NCBI GenBank assembly: GCA_036172245.1
Contig: JAYWIR010000003.1
Coordinates: 3,162,001-3,226,000 of the forward strand
Length of the DNA stretch: 64,000 nucleotides
Direction: 5' to 3'
From: Raillietiella orientalis
Lineage: Eukaryota
In this document: positions 23,301-36,468 of the stretch, in pieces
Layout of the letters: each line of letters opens with the position of its first letter
How positions within the stretch are numbered: position 1 is the first letter of the stretch
Translations under genes and position numbers: made by a program
The notes under the pieces: generated by a model
What the model saw: the letters and a program-made list of their open reading frames with translations, nothing else
Told to the model about the DNA's origin: nothing
The model's database searches: none

Positions 23301-24649
23301 AGGGTCGCCGAGTCTTTCCGGAGGAGGGGAAAGTCGGCGGAACTCGACACGCGGCCAGTGCCGTCCTCGTGTTGAGACACTCTGCGCGCCGTGTGCGACA
23401 CGTGCAAAAAAGGTGCAGATGGCGAAAGACCATGTGACGGAAAGACCCAGGTTTCGCCGCTCCCCGCGTCGCCGCGTACTTCGCGACGACACGTGGCGGC
23501 GGTGCAATGCCCTCCTTCCGCGCTGCCACGGGGAAATCCGTGTGCTTTTCGCGCTCGCGCGGAGGCGGCGTGTCCGGAAAGTTGAGAGCTCTTCTTCGCC
23601 AACCTTCCGCGGTTAGCGGGCGACCTGCGGGCGCGCGGCCTGACGATGCTACTCTGCCCGGTGTTGCCGACGGGCGCCGGAAGACGTTTGCCGTTCTCGG
23701 CGCCTTCCGCCAGCCCGCGCGGTTGAGAGGGAATGAATGTCCCTCGCCTCTCCGGACGCAGGCCGAGCGGAAAGTGCCAGCCCCCTCCCCCCCTTGACTT
23801 GTCGCTCCAGCACGTCCGGACGCGATTAACACCGGCGCGGGGTGTCAGGGGCGTCGGTCGGCAGCCCCTGGCATTGGCGATCCTCGCTAGAACGCTCGAG
23901 GGTGCGCTCGCTGCGAGACCCGCTTGGATCTCGCAGAGAAACAGCGGAGAAATAGCCGCAGGTCGCCACGTCATCTCCGCGCGGAAATAGGTTGGCCGCC
24001 ATGGCAGCAGCAAACTTAACGAGGGCGCCCTTCTTTCAAGTGTCTCTGCTGCGTTAGTGAGGGCGCGTTGCCAGGATCCCGTGTCTGAAGCCAAGGGTGT
24101 GGTGGTGCTCCGGCGAACGGACCCGTTCTCATCGTCGGATCAGAGGAGGGGGAGGGGATTCTTGGTTCGGCCGCTGGTCGCGCTGCTGTTTCACATCGCG
24201 GAGGTCAGAGAAAGAGGCTACGAGGGTCACTTTGTGGCCTTGGGGCGCGCGCTTTTTCCCCGCGCGTTTCGGACGGTTGTCCGGAAACTCCACGCGCGTC
24301 CCCGTTTCCTCCTCCTACTCCTCCTCGCACGCTGCATCCCCGCCCTCCGGAGAGGCGGAGCAGTGAGAGGCTGCGGGTCAGCCGCGCACTCCACCACCCG
24401 GGCACGAGACGGACGGGCGGAGCGAAAGCGACGGTGGCGCTCCCTGCCTGTGGTCCGAAGACCGCACGGGCGCCCGCGGCGTTCCGGTTTCGGACGTGCG
24501 GTGCGACCTTCTTGGCCACTGCCAACACGACGTCAGCTCCGAGGGCCCGTTGATGCTTCGGGCAAGTCGAAGGAGGACGCGAAAAGCATCTCCCACCTCA
24601 TTGCTGCCCCTTCTCCAGCCACGCCTCCGTCACGTGCTACGCGGTGACC

Positions 24650-24820
24650 CGTGGGACGGAAGGCTGCACTCGATGGAGGACAGTGGCCACCCTCCGATCT
24701 CCTAGGGGAGGAGCGCCTACATGGCGAAGCAGTGCCGGAATGACCCTCGGGCTGTCCCAGGCGCAGCTTGCCAGCAGGGCGACCCAGCATCACCTGCCGT
24801 GTGCCGTTTGCGCAACGATG
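24650..24820 (+). mobile_element. Degenerate tandem zinc-knuckle (gag/ORF1-like) remnant
   Basis: YMAKQCRNDPRAVPGAACQQGDPASPAVC resembles the H.A..C.N...C..C.Q.GH.A..C spacing of CCHC knuckles. Confidence 0.3.
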
Positions 24821-27032
24821 GCGGTTTCCGCGCGGGGGCCGAGCAACGCAGCAGCCGTCCGCATTGTCGCTCGGGGCTGATGGAAGGGAGGAGGGAGAAG
24901 AAGGAAAAAGTACACTGTGGAATGGAGTGGTTAGCGGGGAGGGTCTTCCCCGGACGAGGGCTCTGCCACGCGATTTGCACGCTTCAACCCGTTGCCTCCG
25001 TGGGCAGAGTCACGAAGCGAAACGCCCTCGGCAGAGGACAGGATGGAGGGTGTGCCATCTCCCCTCCCCGCGACCTCCTTCCCGCAGGTAACGACGAGTA
25101 GCCCTTCCGCCTCCGGGAAGACCCTTGGGGCGGGGGAGGAAGGGAAAAATGCGTGCTTGTTGGAGCCGTCTGCAGTCACACGGAGGTCACGCGGGAGCGA
25201 AAAGGACCGGGACATCAGGGGGGGGGGGGTGTCGCTAGGAGTTGTCGTAGCGGTAGATCGTGCCATCCCAGGTTTCCAGGAAGACGCAGTTGTCCCTGCG
25301 GCAGTCTCCCTCCGGATAGGGTGGTCAGCTCAGCTCGAACTGTGGTCTCCGGCGCCACAGTTGTGCTTGAATGCGACGCACGTGTCGGGCATGAGAGCGA
25401 GGCACAGCGAGGCGTGGTTTCACCTTCCCGTCGACCCACGCGTTTGAAATGGTCCCCACCCCGAGGATCGAGCCCGAGGGGGCGCTGGTGGTCGGGTCGC
25501 CGCATCTGCGGCTGCGACCCCTTGCAGGAGCTCGTCGCTGGCAGCTCCCTCCGGCGCCTGGATGGCGAACCTCTCCCGCAGCTCCTCAGGTGCCTCCTGG
25601 ACCCTCCCTCCCTCCTGAAAGAGAAAGGAGCGGGCCCGGAAAGAGGGAGGAGGAGGAAGAGCCAGCGCTTCTCTTGCGAACTCCTGCAGCCGCTCATCCT
25701 GGCGATGTGCTGCTCGGCACCTCCGCCGTCGAGGAGCCAAGACTGAAAGAGGAAGCGCAAGAGGTGGCGGCGGCGAACCGTCCTGTGGACCACCCAGCAT
25801 CTTCGGAGAATGCAGATGACTCCAGGAAACCGCCTGCGATCCCTTTCGAAGCCCCCACTGCTTCCTCCCTACTTCATAAACGGGTTTTCTTCTCTCCCTT
25901 CCCCACCTTTCCCGAAGGTGGGAACTGCTGTCTGGCCCGCCCGGCCCTCGGCGTCCGACCTCTGGTTATCCGAGCGTTGAAGCCCCGCTCTGCTTTGTTG
26001 ATTTGGCGCGGGCACTCGGCGTCTCTCCGGGTGCAAACCGCAGCGCGTTCCCGGGGCCCAAGTCTGAGGCGGCTTCCTTCCTCCGCGTGCACCGTAGAGG
26101 GGACGCAGCGGTCGTCGCCCCGTGCGGCTTCCTGAAGCGGCGGAGGCTGCCCATCTTCGTCTTCACGGAGCGCGGTGTGCTAGGCGCCGATGCACCCTCG
26201 AAACGCGTTATGGGAGGTGCTGGGCATTGCTGCGCCCGCTTGTCTCGCTGCGACGTGATGGTGAGCGGGAGCAGCCTCTCCTCCTTTTCCTCCTCCTCTT
26301 CTCCCTTCTTTCCCTCCCCTTGTCCCTCCTCCTTCCGCCTCCACTTCTTCTTCCTCGGAGGCCAGTTCGCCGTCAGAACGAAGGCGGCGAAGATCGAGAG
26401 GTGGTGGGCACATCCCGTCTCCTATATTCCGTGCGATCCCTCTTTGTCCGCTCGTACCGTCCGGGAAATTTTCACCCCTGGCCGAAACGCCGTCGCCCCC
26501 GAAGTACCCTGCTCCAAGGAACGAGACGGGGACGTGAGCGCCGAGCACGCCTCCAGGGGTTGTCGTACCTTTTTTTCGGTTTGGGCGGATCGGCCAGACA
26601 ACTGATAGCGGTTAAAGAACGCCTGGCGCCGCATCCGCAAGGCGAGCACGTCGCCCAGTGCGGATGGGAGAGCTGAGGACGCACGCACGCTCCGCGAGCG
26701 TCAAGAAAATGCTACGGGCGAACGCAGAGGGGGAGATCAAGGAGAGGGCGAGGGAGCTGACACACGCGCACACGCGCAAAGAACGTGTCACGAAGCCGGA
26801 AGGAAGTGAAAAGCAAGTCGCCAACTTGAGGTCTCGCGTAGCTCGTCGCAACCAAGAAGAGGAACGTCAGCTGCTTTCGCAGCTGAAAAAACGACCTCTT
26901 CCGGGTTTGACCCGGGAGACCCGGTAGTTCGTTTCTTGGAGAGAGCGGTGCGTGGCAATGGTCGGATATCCTTAGGATCGCGGACAATGCACTCCTGATT
27001 CCCCAGCGTTGTTTATTCTATATATTAATATA

Positions 27033-27365
27033 CAGAGGTACCTCGGTACTCGACGGTTTCGGAACTCGTCAAGCTCAGTACTCGTCGCATTTTCACGAGA
27101 AAGAAATGTCTCGATATTCGCCGCATGCTCGGAACTCGACACCCCGCCCCCCTGATGAAACGAGTGAACCCTTTCGTCTCATGGTAGCTCGCAGTGCAGT
27201 GCAGAACACTTCCGTGAAGTGTCTCCCGAATCGATCCTTTTTGTGTGCCTTCTGCGCATTTTAAGCGTTAATCATGGATCCCGAAAAATTCGTTCGTTAC
27301 TCGTCGGTTTCGGCACTCGTCAAGAGTTCCGGAACGAATGGCCGACGGGCAACAAGGTAACACCG
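27033..27365. mobile_element. Non-autonomous DNA transposon (MITE), Tc1/mariner-pogo/Tigger-like, 333 bp
   Basis: TA on both sides (27031-32, 27366-67). Imperfect TIRs CAGAGGTACCTCG vs the reverse complement of the right end CGGTGTTACCTTG (9/13). Repeated subterminal motif TACTCG.CGGTTTCGG.ACTCGTCAAG at ~27047 and ~27298. No ORF. Confidence 0.75.
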
Positions 27366-27399
27366 TATATATAATGTTCTCGGGATTTTAATCGTTCGG

Positions 27400-27650
27400 G
27401 ATCCCGATCGTTTGATAAATGTACACGTTCATCATTCGGTATTTATATGTTCACTTAATGTATGTTTATTCTACATAAATATATAGAATGAACATATCTA
27501 TTTCCATAGTTTTTAATATATATATACATATATCAATAATATGCATTAATAAATATGTATGTTAAAATAAATACGTATACGAATCCATATATAAGTATGT
27601 ATATTTATGTACATAATAAGCAAAATGTATTTATTTTTTACAGTCTTTCG
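27400..27650. repeat. AT-rich low-complexity tract (TA-rich)
   Basis: Visible atatat/tatgta-rich stretch next to the MITE, within otherwise GC-rich DNA. Confidence 0.8.
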
Positions 27651-28509
27651 AGATTTTGATATTCGGGATTTCGAACGAAACCCATTCCCCGGTTCTCCCG
27701 TGGCCCAGGCTAGACTTAACCTGGAGCATCACCCGAGTCTTTCATGCGTTCCTCTCTCCAGCACTCGTCCACCTGGTTTCCCAGCCACGTGGATACCAAT
27801 CCATCTCTTCCTGCTGCCCAGCGGATCAGTCGATAGTCCGATTCGAGGGGAAGGTCTGGTTGCACTTACACCTCCGACCCAGAAGTCAGGAAACAGAGTG
27901 TCCTGGGGAACCCCACCCGGATTCTCCAAGCAGCGTAGCTGGCTCTCACGTGTCGGAACATGCATGCAGCTGCAGCAGCCTTGGCCCTACTGCCATGGGA
28001 TCCCAGACACCCCTAGGCATGTTTAACTGGGTCCCTTGCGACCCTAGCCGCGTTGCAGCTGATTGCGCCGCAGGTCGGCAGATCCGGCGAGCGCTGCTTG
28101 CGGGCACTGTGGTATCATTTGCACCCTGCTGTGGTCCCCAACGCCATAGCAACGCTTGCTCCTCCCGCGAGACCTGAGCCCGCCAACACCACCGAGGTGA
28201 GTTGGGACTTTCCAAGAAGCATCTGCAGTTTTGTGATGAGGCGAGCCCGTCCAGTGCCGAGGGACCTGCCGGTTCACGGGAATTCCGGGGACAAACGGAA
28301 GTTTGCCTCCTTCTCGAGGGACGCCGGCGCTCCCCGCTGCTCTGGGAAGTGGCACACGATTATCACGCGAATATGGCGGGGCATTTTTTTTACGAAAAAT
28401 AAAAATGCAATAAATTTTCTCGTGGTGAACCCAAAGGATCACCACGTCACGACAACTTGTTGTTTCCAGTGCAAAGACCGGCGAGGTCCATCCAACGCGC
28501 GGGGATAGG

Positions 28510-29700
28510 AATAAAGTAAGCAAAAAGAAACAAAAAGTGAAACGTGGGGAGGGGAGAAATGTTTAGGGATGGGAGGGCGAGGAAGGGATCACATTGCGCA
28601 TGGATCGGTCCTCTAGATCCTGTTCAGGATCCTAACAAGCTGCGTCCTTTCTGTGCCCAGGTGGGGCCATTTGGACACGGTCCTTACAAAGATGCGCGTC
28701 CGATGGATGGCATCCGTGCCATTCTGTCCTCTTCTGGAGGCGTTCCATGCCGCCACGATTCCCCGAATGCAGCAAAGCACTGCTACAGACGCGGCTGGGG
28801 GCAGGGCGGCACGCGAGAAGAGGAGCTTGAAAATGCCTCTGGGGTCGCCTCCGCCAATGTTCAGGATCGTCGCAAGACGATTCCAAAGGACACGGAGGGC
28901 GATGCAGTCTACGAGAACGTGTGGAAAAGTCTCTTTCTCTCCCGCACCGTTAACATAGGGCATCCACACTACCACGTGTCCAGTGAGTGAAGCGTGCTTT
29001 GCACGGGAGTGGCACACGATGCGAGGATGCTCTTCCGTTCCGTAATGGCGAGACCTTCCTCCCCAAGCTTTTAGGTCGTGAGGTCCCGAGACTTCTCCGA
29101 AGGAGTCACTGACTTTCTCCCTGTAATAATCTTCCAGAATGACGCAAATTAAACGCATCGTGCGGCTGAGAGGGAACGGAGCATCACGGATCACCTCAGG
29201 TGGTGCAGACGCTGCGCTCGAATTATGCGTTCGCAAGGGAACCGGCGGTTCCAACCGCGCTTGCAAGGCGAGCGCTCCAGCCCGTGCACTGAGCCCGCTG
29301 ATCTCTTCCTCGCGTCGGAATCCCGAGACGTGGAGACACCTGTGGAGCCCTCGTGAAACGATAATCTCAAGGGACGCGGAAACGCCGCCTCCCTTGGACT
29401 CGGAAACTCTTCCTCGTAGAAGATGCTTCATTGGGAACGCGTCCTCTGAAATGACGGAAAATCGCAACGTCCAGCCGCACATCTCAAAAATATGCCAACG
29501 AAGCACCGGAAGCACGCAGCTCAGAGCTTCTTCTGTCGGTTGGACGATCAGCGGGATGCGCACGATGGCCCAGTCCTGGCACCTCTGGAGCGTCCTGATC
29601 TGCAGAACGATTTCCGCCATGTCCTTCGATGTGAGTTCACATGGCTCACTGACTGCTGCTTCGACGCACCGTAGAAACCGCCGCCGCAAGTGTGGTCTCG
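28510..29700 (-). mobile_element. Decayed L1/Tx1-like LINE ORF2 3' end (zf-RVT region) plus pyrimidine-rich 3' tail
   Basis: ORF 28613-29689 contains EKETFPHVLVDCIALRVLWNRLATIL...SVAVLCCIRGIVAAWNASRR (the ET..H.L..C....LW zf-RVT signature), followed by a T-rich tail. Homologous to the 43 kb copy. Confidence 0.7.
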
Positions 29701-29849
29701 GCCTCTTCGAAGCGCCGTCTCCGTCTCAGGCGTACCTCCGCACAGGTATGGCACACGGTCTCGCGACCACCGCCGCCGTCCGCAGCCTTCGACAGACAAA
29801 CAAACGCCACAACAACGTCGGCGGAGGGCGTCGGTAGGGCGCGAGAAGG

Positions 29850-31000
29850 CTGCTGCATCTGGCCGCTCTCTCCCTGGGAGAAGGGCTCCACTCTGCAACA
29901 AGAGATTCCGATTCTGCCACACTACGGGCAGCTCTGCGAGCAGTTCCCACGGATCCAACGGTGGCCTCGCCTGCTGCAGGCGGATCTCTTGTAAAGAAAC
30001 AGCCTCTTCCCTTGTTGGATAGAGGTGGGAGGGAGGGAGGTCAGCACGGAGATGTCCATGCGGATTTAGAGGATCACCGGTTCTTCCTGGAGGTGCACTC
30101 GAAGGTTCATCCACGTGTCGACAATCTGCCTAACCGTCTGCCCGTGTCCACCCGAATCCCACCCGGGGGAAGCACCAACGCCATAGAAATGGGGGATGGG
30201 TCGTGGCTTTCGAGTTCCTCCCTCAAGATGACGCTGGTTGCCTATTCGGGTGCAGAGCTGGTAGAACTCGGAAACCCCTGGATGCCTCCTTGACTGGCCG
30301 AGATTGGGAGTTGGCCCTTCAGGGTCCTTCCAGGAACCAAGGAAACCGATCCCTACAAGACTCCTCTCCGGTTGCGCAAATGGAGCCGTCCACACCTTTT
30401 GTCAAGACCCATCCTCCCTCCGTCGCGTACCATGGAGCGGGTTGATACCTCTCTCGGAGGGCTGGCTCCCCAAAATGCCATCAGGGGCCTTGTTTTCTTC
30501 GGGGAGCTAATCACAGAGAAATTCGGACGCGTCCCTTCGAGGTTCTTCTCAGACAAGGAAGTGAGGAGCGGTTCCTTTTCGGTTTCCTTCGGAGAAAGAA
30601 TAATGGAGCAGTACTCTCCGCGGGACCCCTCCGAAGAGAATAAGGAAGAGGTTCGTTTCTTTCGGGATTCCCTTCTGGAGACAACCCAAGAGGAAGAGGA
30701 ACCCATTCCTTTCTTCGGAGCCCTTCCTGGATTCATAGAGTGGTCCCCTCCCAGAGTACCCTCTTGCTTGAAGAGTTACGCACACCCAGGAGTGGCGGGG
30801 GCAGCGCCAAAGAACTTCGTGAGCCGTCAGGCGAACGCTTCTTCAGCACTTGGCCTTTTAATCGATCCAGACTTCCTGTTCTCCCCTCTCCTATGGGTCG
30901 GCGAGACACTCGAATCGTAGCTTAGAGGCGAGAGAAATCGAAGTCAAGTGCGAAACGTCCGCCGTTCGTCCACTGTGCCCACCGCCGAAAACCTCGTTTG
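29850..31000 (-). mobile_element. Decayed LINE ORF1 (CCHC/gag-like) remnant; inverted homolog at 40.6-41.6 kb
   Basis: Minus strand QGKRLFLYKRSACSRRGHRWIRGNCSQSCP*CGRIG is a degenerate knuckle pair. GYSGRGPLYESRKGSEERNGF here matches GYPGRGPPYESRKGSVEGSPF at ~40765-40825 (+). Confidence 0.55.
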
Positions 31001-33449
31001 TGCCCGATGCACTTTGCGTGCCCGTGGCAGCTCAATGTGCGCACTGCATCGAAGGTCGGAGTTCTCAACCTACCGCCAGCGGGACCCCCAACACGAGCGA
31101 GTGTCTCCTCTTCTCTTTGTGTTCCCCTTCCTGGCTGAGGAGCATCTCGGCGAAAGGGAAGAGCGTTTTTGGAAACCGGAAATAGCGACGCGGCTGTTTA
31201 TGGATTGGAAGGCTCATCCGGTCCTTGAAAGCGGGAAGAAGCACCCACTTCCTGATCCTTCTCCTAGCTACCGCCGCCCCCACTTTCCGCAGCCGAGAGT
31301 CAAAAGTGCGGGGTGTCACGCAGTGCATCCGCTCGCTCCGTTTTCTCATCGCCGCCTTCCGAGGAAAGCTCGAATTGCGCGGAATCCGACCGCTTAGCAA
31401 CGGGCCGGGCGCACACCGTTTCCTTCTACCAGTTGGATCCGGAATCTGTCTTGGAGGAGGGGAGGAGCGCCCGAACTTGGGGAAGCTCGAAACACGTCAC
31501 GTTTGCAGCTGTCCGGGAACCGAGGTGAAACCGCGGTGACTCCCTGCCCCATTCTCGAAGCAACCGGGGGCTCGTTGTTGCGAATTCGACGAATCGCTTC
31601 ACTCACTCCCAGCTGCCCTCTCCTAACTCATGTCGACCGGACCTTCGTTCCTCCGGGAGCATGCCTCGCGAAGAGGCAGTCTGCCCCGTGTGAAGAAGCT
31701 GCACACGTGCTCCGACCGTCGCGGAATGGAAAAGTGGGAGTGGGAAACTCGTGGATGGGGAAGCCCCCATTGCTGACTCACACCACCGTGCTCGCAGAAC
31801 CCGGTTCGTACCAGGGAAACCAACGCGGAAACCTCGTTTCTAACCGGTCGCGGAGATAACCAACTGGTCGTTTACAAGAATGCATATAGGACGTCATTTC
31901 TCTACCTGGTGAAGCTGCTCCCTTCCGCAGATCTCATCCAACTTGCTCCTCCTTGCGATTCCTTCAGCGCTTCCAAGGCAAAACTCTCGGAAGCAGAAAA
32001 CAGACTCGATCCGTTGCGAGGAAACCGAACTCTTCGGAAACTTTAATCTCATGTGAATCGGAGGCAGATGGGAAATGATCGGTTGCCAAGGTTTCTCCCT
32101 TTCCGCTTGCAATGTTTTTCTTCCTCCCCATTGTGGTTTGGTTCACCAGTTGCTTGGGATGGAATTGTGGTTGGACGAAGGAAGCGCGTGCTTCTTCAAT
32201 CTCTTGCACGTTTCTTTCCCTTCCGTTTATCTCCAGCGTGGGCGATTCGGGAAAGGGAAGTAGCCTGATAGTTGGACCGCCGAAATGAGAGGGCATCCGC
32301 TCAAAGGAAAGCTCAATTAAGAAGTGGGATGTTCAATTAATTCGAAACGTAATAAGTGGGCGTTGGTTTGTGCACGAAGCTGTGACCTGCAGCAGCGCAA
32401 TTTTGCAAACGGACGTGAAGCCCGCAGAGCGGGTGAGGACATATCGGAAACCACACTGCCCTTTACTGCCAGTGTGGTTGAGATTTCGAGTCTGGAGATT
32501 CGAATAAACGTGCAAACAAATCTCAGGAGGAGGTGAGATGCATGGAAAAGTGTGAGATGTTTCGGCTTTAAATAAATTCTTGCACCATTTTCCAATGTTA
32601 CCTTTGGACTTTTACTGTAAAACGTGGAGATGACTGCGGCTGTTACCGATGACTTTTGTAAACCTTTTTCCTATGCTGGGAGTTGGGAATCAACGTAGAT
32701 GGAAGAAGAAAATCGTTGCTGATTTTCACCGACACTCGAGCCCTCGTGTCCACTGTGCAGTCACTGTCCAAACGAAATCTTGGTGAAAACAGACTTCGCT
32801 ACCTTTCTCGAGGTTGCACGTGGTGCTGATGCCCCGATTTTTAGTTTGCCTAATGGAATCATCTGCATCAGTTGCCATTGGGAACGTCGTGGCACAGCAG
32901 TTGGGCTCAAATCCACGACGTTAAACACAAATTATGCTGATTAGTTGCTTCCCTTTGAAATCGATCCCGAATGGACTTCCGCAAAGAACATCTTCGCCTC
33001 GAAGTTTTACACGTTTTTCTGTATCCCACCGTGACAGTTTCATGTTTTTTTTTTGTCTGAATTATTCTCATTTTCTATTCTCGATCCTCCTAAAGAAGAA
33101 AAAAACAAAACTGAAAGTAACTTTTAGCACTGAGCAAAAGTAATGCGAAATTTATCAAGCTGAGTGCTCTTCCACTCAGAATTTAAAAGTTAAGCCACTT
33201 CCAGTCAAGGACAAGACAGACAGATAACAAGAGATTCTCGAGTTAACCTTCGAGGGCAAACTGATCTCAAAGCTGATGCAAATTTTCATCTTCGACAAAT
33301 GCAGACGCAAAACCGGTGCGAAGAGAGTGAAAAGTTTTCTAAATGACCAAAATCAGCTTTTCAAAATTATTTTTGTTCCAAGTTGGATCAGCGCCCTTTA
33401 AGCGAGATGCTGTGGACACAGCAATGGAATTAAGCGGTTAAAAGACCTC

Positions 33450-34960
33450 GCGGGACCTTAAGAACACGAGTAACGATATTCTCCATAGCAACGATTCTGG
33501 AAAACACCCCTTAGCTTGCTTCCCTGGTGTTTGAAACCTTCGAATCAAAGCTCTTCAGACCTTGAACCAAAGCACACAGCTGGGAGGCGTAGCTAATCGC
33601 ATCCTTTCAGCACACCGATATTTTGAAGACATTTTGAAAACGGGGATGTTGAGAATCGCCAACGTTGGAGACGTCTGCGTGGTGTTCCACAAAGAAAATG
33701 TAGACTTTCTTAAAAGCAAAGCCGATGGGCTTCACCGTGTACAACGCGGACAAGGATCTCCAAGAGACCTTCATCCAACAGGACATCGTCCTCGGGAGGC
33801 GGCTGCGTGGAATGGGGGAACTATCAATCACCCCCTGTCCACCTGAACGGTGCACATTGAGCCACCATCCAGGAAGACATGGGGGAGTTTTCCTCCCTGT
33901 ACGGCAAGGTAAAAAAGGTTGCGTTCCGCAGCCACATCGGAGGTATCTCCGGGGAGTCCAGGGTGAGGATGAAACTGTTCCCTGGAGCGAAGATCCCGGG
34001 AGTCGTCGCCATCGACGAACACACCTAGGATGTGCAGGTGCGCTATCCGCCTGCAGCCAATCTTCTGTACGGGATGCAAGGAGTTCGGCCGCCGCGTGGG
34101 CGCCTGACCCAAGGCGTGATCTTTAAGTGCGGCCAAATCGGACACTTTATAAAGGATCGTTCCAGGTCCCCCCTCGCAGTGTTATCACTGCAAAATGTTG
34201 GGACAACTGAAGAAGGAGTGCGAACAGTACTCCGACTGGCTCGTGGCTCGAGGGACTGCCTCCACTCCCCGAAATGGAGGCAGGCGGAGCAACAAGAGGA
34301 GTGACACGAGACTCCTAGAACAGCAGCAGTAGCAGAAGAAGTCCTAAAAGAGAAGGAAGCAGTTGGCTGTGGAAGAGCATCCTCCGCCCCCGGTAGAGAT
34401 GGTGAAAAGCCGCGAGGATGAGGAATGGAAGCAAAAAGGTGGCGAAGATCAGGCGCGGCGAATACAAGCTGACCGAGGAAGACGAGCAGCGTAGAGACGT
34501 TGAGTTTGAACAGAGTCGTCGTCGGTACCTCACCGAGAAACACAGGCAGATTCTGCTGCCTGACTTTTCACTTTCAAAGCGGAGGACGAGAGCAGACGAA
34601 AAGGAGCGTCTTGAAACGCAAAGAGCAGGGGAAGAGGCGAGAGCCGTAATCGTCGAGGCGGCACACAGAAACCCGCCTGTGGTGAGGAAAGCCACGAGGG
34701 CCACGTGCCTCACGCAGCAGGAAAAAGAAGATTCAACAGACTTTGCCGAGTCGGAAAGCGACACAAAAAACCTGCTGGGACGAGACGGTGGACTCCTCCC
34801 AGGCAGGAAAAGACGAAGAAGAAGAAGAAAGCCTACCTCCTGTCGACCACGTCAGAAAACAGGGGCTTGCAGCTGGGGAAGGATCCCCACCCAGACGTAC
34901 AACAGTGTCTTTCTCCCTTCACAGTGTAAGGACAAAAAGACGAGAGACCGTCAGTGAAAG
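33450..34960 (+). mobile_element. Decayed non-LTR retrotransposon ORF1 (RRM-like plus CCHC zinc knuckle, ZCCHC3/Tx1-ORF1-like)
   Basis: Frameshifted pieces FEDILKTGMLRIANVGDVCVVFHKEN, GESRVRMKLFPGAKIPGVVAIDE and IFKCGQIGHFIKDRS (34119-34163; degenerate CX2CX4HX4C), then a charged low-complexity tail. Confidence 0.65.
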
Positions 34961-36468
34961 GCGAAATGCCTCAAGTGTTGCCATAGGCAAAAAGTAGAAG
35001 TGATTGAGTCTTGTTCGTAAAGGACTGCTATTTAAAAAATTGTTTGGTCAATAAATTCACCCCATCGCTTGTCGGGGCTGGGGAAAACCGGTATTTTGAA
35101 GGCAAGACGATACAACAGGGCTGGCCGTCCCAAGGGCGCCGATGGTTCTCCGCCAGAGAGCAAGATCCCTGGCTGTACTTTGATCTCATCCAAAAGGCCG
35201 ATGGGATCCATGGCTGCAAGGGATGCGCAAATGCAAAGGGACCGTTCCAGAGTCAAATGAAAGAGCGGTGGAAATTGTGAGGATACGAAACAGATCCAAG
35301 AGCATAGTGCTTGTTCTCTTGAAGCATTTGATTATGAAATTCGTCCTGCGTAGTGGTTGGATGCTCCAGTAAACCACCCGCCGCAAACAGGACCGGGGAA
35401 AACGGGAGGCTCCATACCTTGAAAATTATGTTCTTAAGATGATGGTTACTGGTTTGATTGGGTTCAACTATTAACTACCGTCTCAAGGCCGCCCCCAAAC
35501 TTGCCAATCTGCAGCCCCTGTATTTGCTGGAAGATTCTTAATTCAGAAAAAAGTCACTAGGGTCAATCAAGTTCCCTTAGGTCAAAAAATGTAAACAACG
35601 CACTGTTGCCACACTCGTGCATTCTTTACGACGATGAAAAAGGCTCTCTACGAGAATGAGAACTGGGAGCTTCCGAACTGAGTTCCAAAGTTCAAGTGAT
35701 TTTATTTAACTGAAACCATTGTATTTCAACGTTGTCATTTTCATTACTTCAAGTATTCACGGATGGACGGCACAATTTGGGAGGTAATTCTTTAGTTCCA
35801 TGCGATCAATTCCAGAATAAAACTGCACATGTAAAATAATCATTAATTTTTCTTTCCTTATTTATGCCTTGGAGGTGCGCATAATGATGCTTCAAGAGTC
35901 TTTACTATCACAATCAAATTTGTATTTTGTGTTACAATGCAAAAAGTTGGCATTTACATGCTAACAAGACAAATGTACAAAAATTCTCTTACAAAGTTTC
36001 CCACATATAACATATGCTGCACTACTATCCGAAACTCTCTTGGAAGTGCTTTTAAATACAAAAGAAAACTCAGGAAGTCTCGATCCAGGTTGGTTTTACA
36101 AAGACATTTATAGGCTGGGATGCACTTTCACTGCTATTTTAAAGAACCAGGCACCAACCTGTATGGACTGATATACAAAAACGAAAATTAGATACCATCC
36201 CCGGAGGTATCTTATGGTTAAAAAGTGCATTTACGTAGAATAAATGCTATAACAAGTAGCATCCATCTTGTTCCTTGCTGTGCTCAAGAGGTTGCTACAA
36301 CACAAGTAACAAAAAAACATATTCCTTCGGAAAAAAAAAAAAAAACAATTGCAATTACGGTGTTTCTTTCACAATCATTCAATGCTGTTCCACTTGTATG
36401 TCTATGCAACAAATGCAACATCTATATCACCAGCATTTACTATGTTAAATGCTTGACAAGAAAACAAT

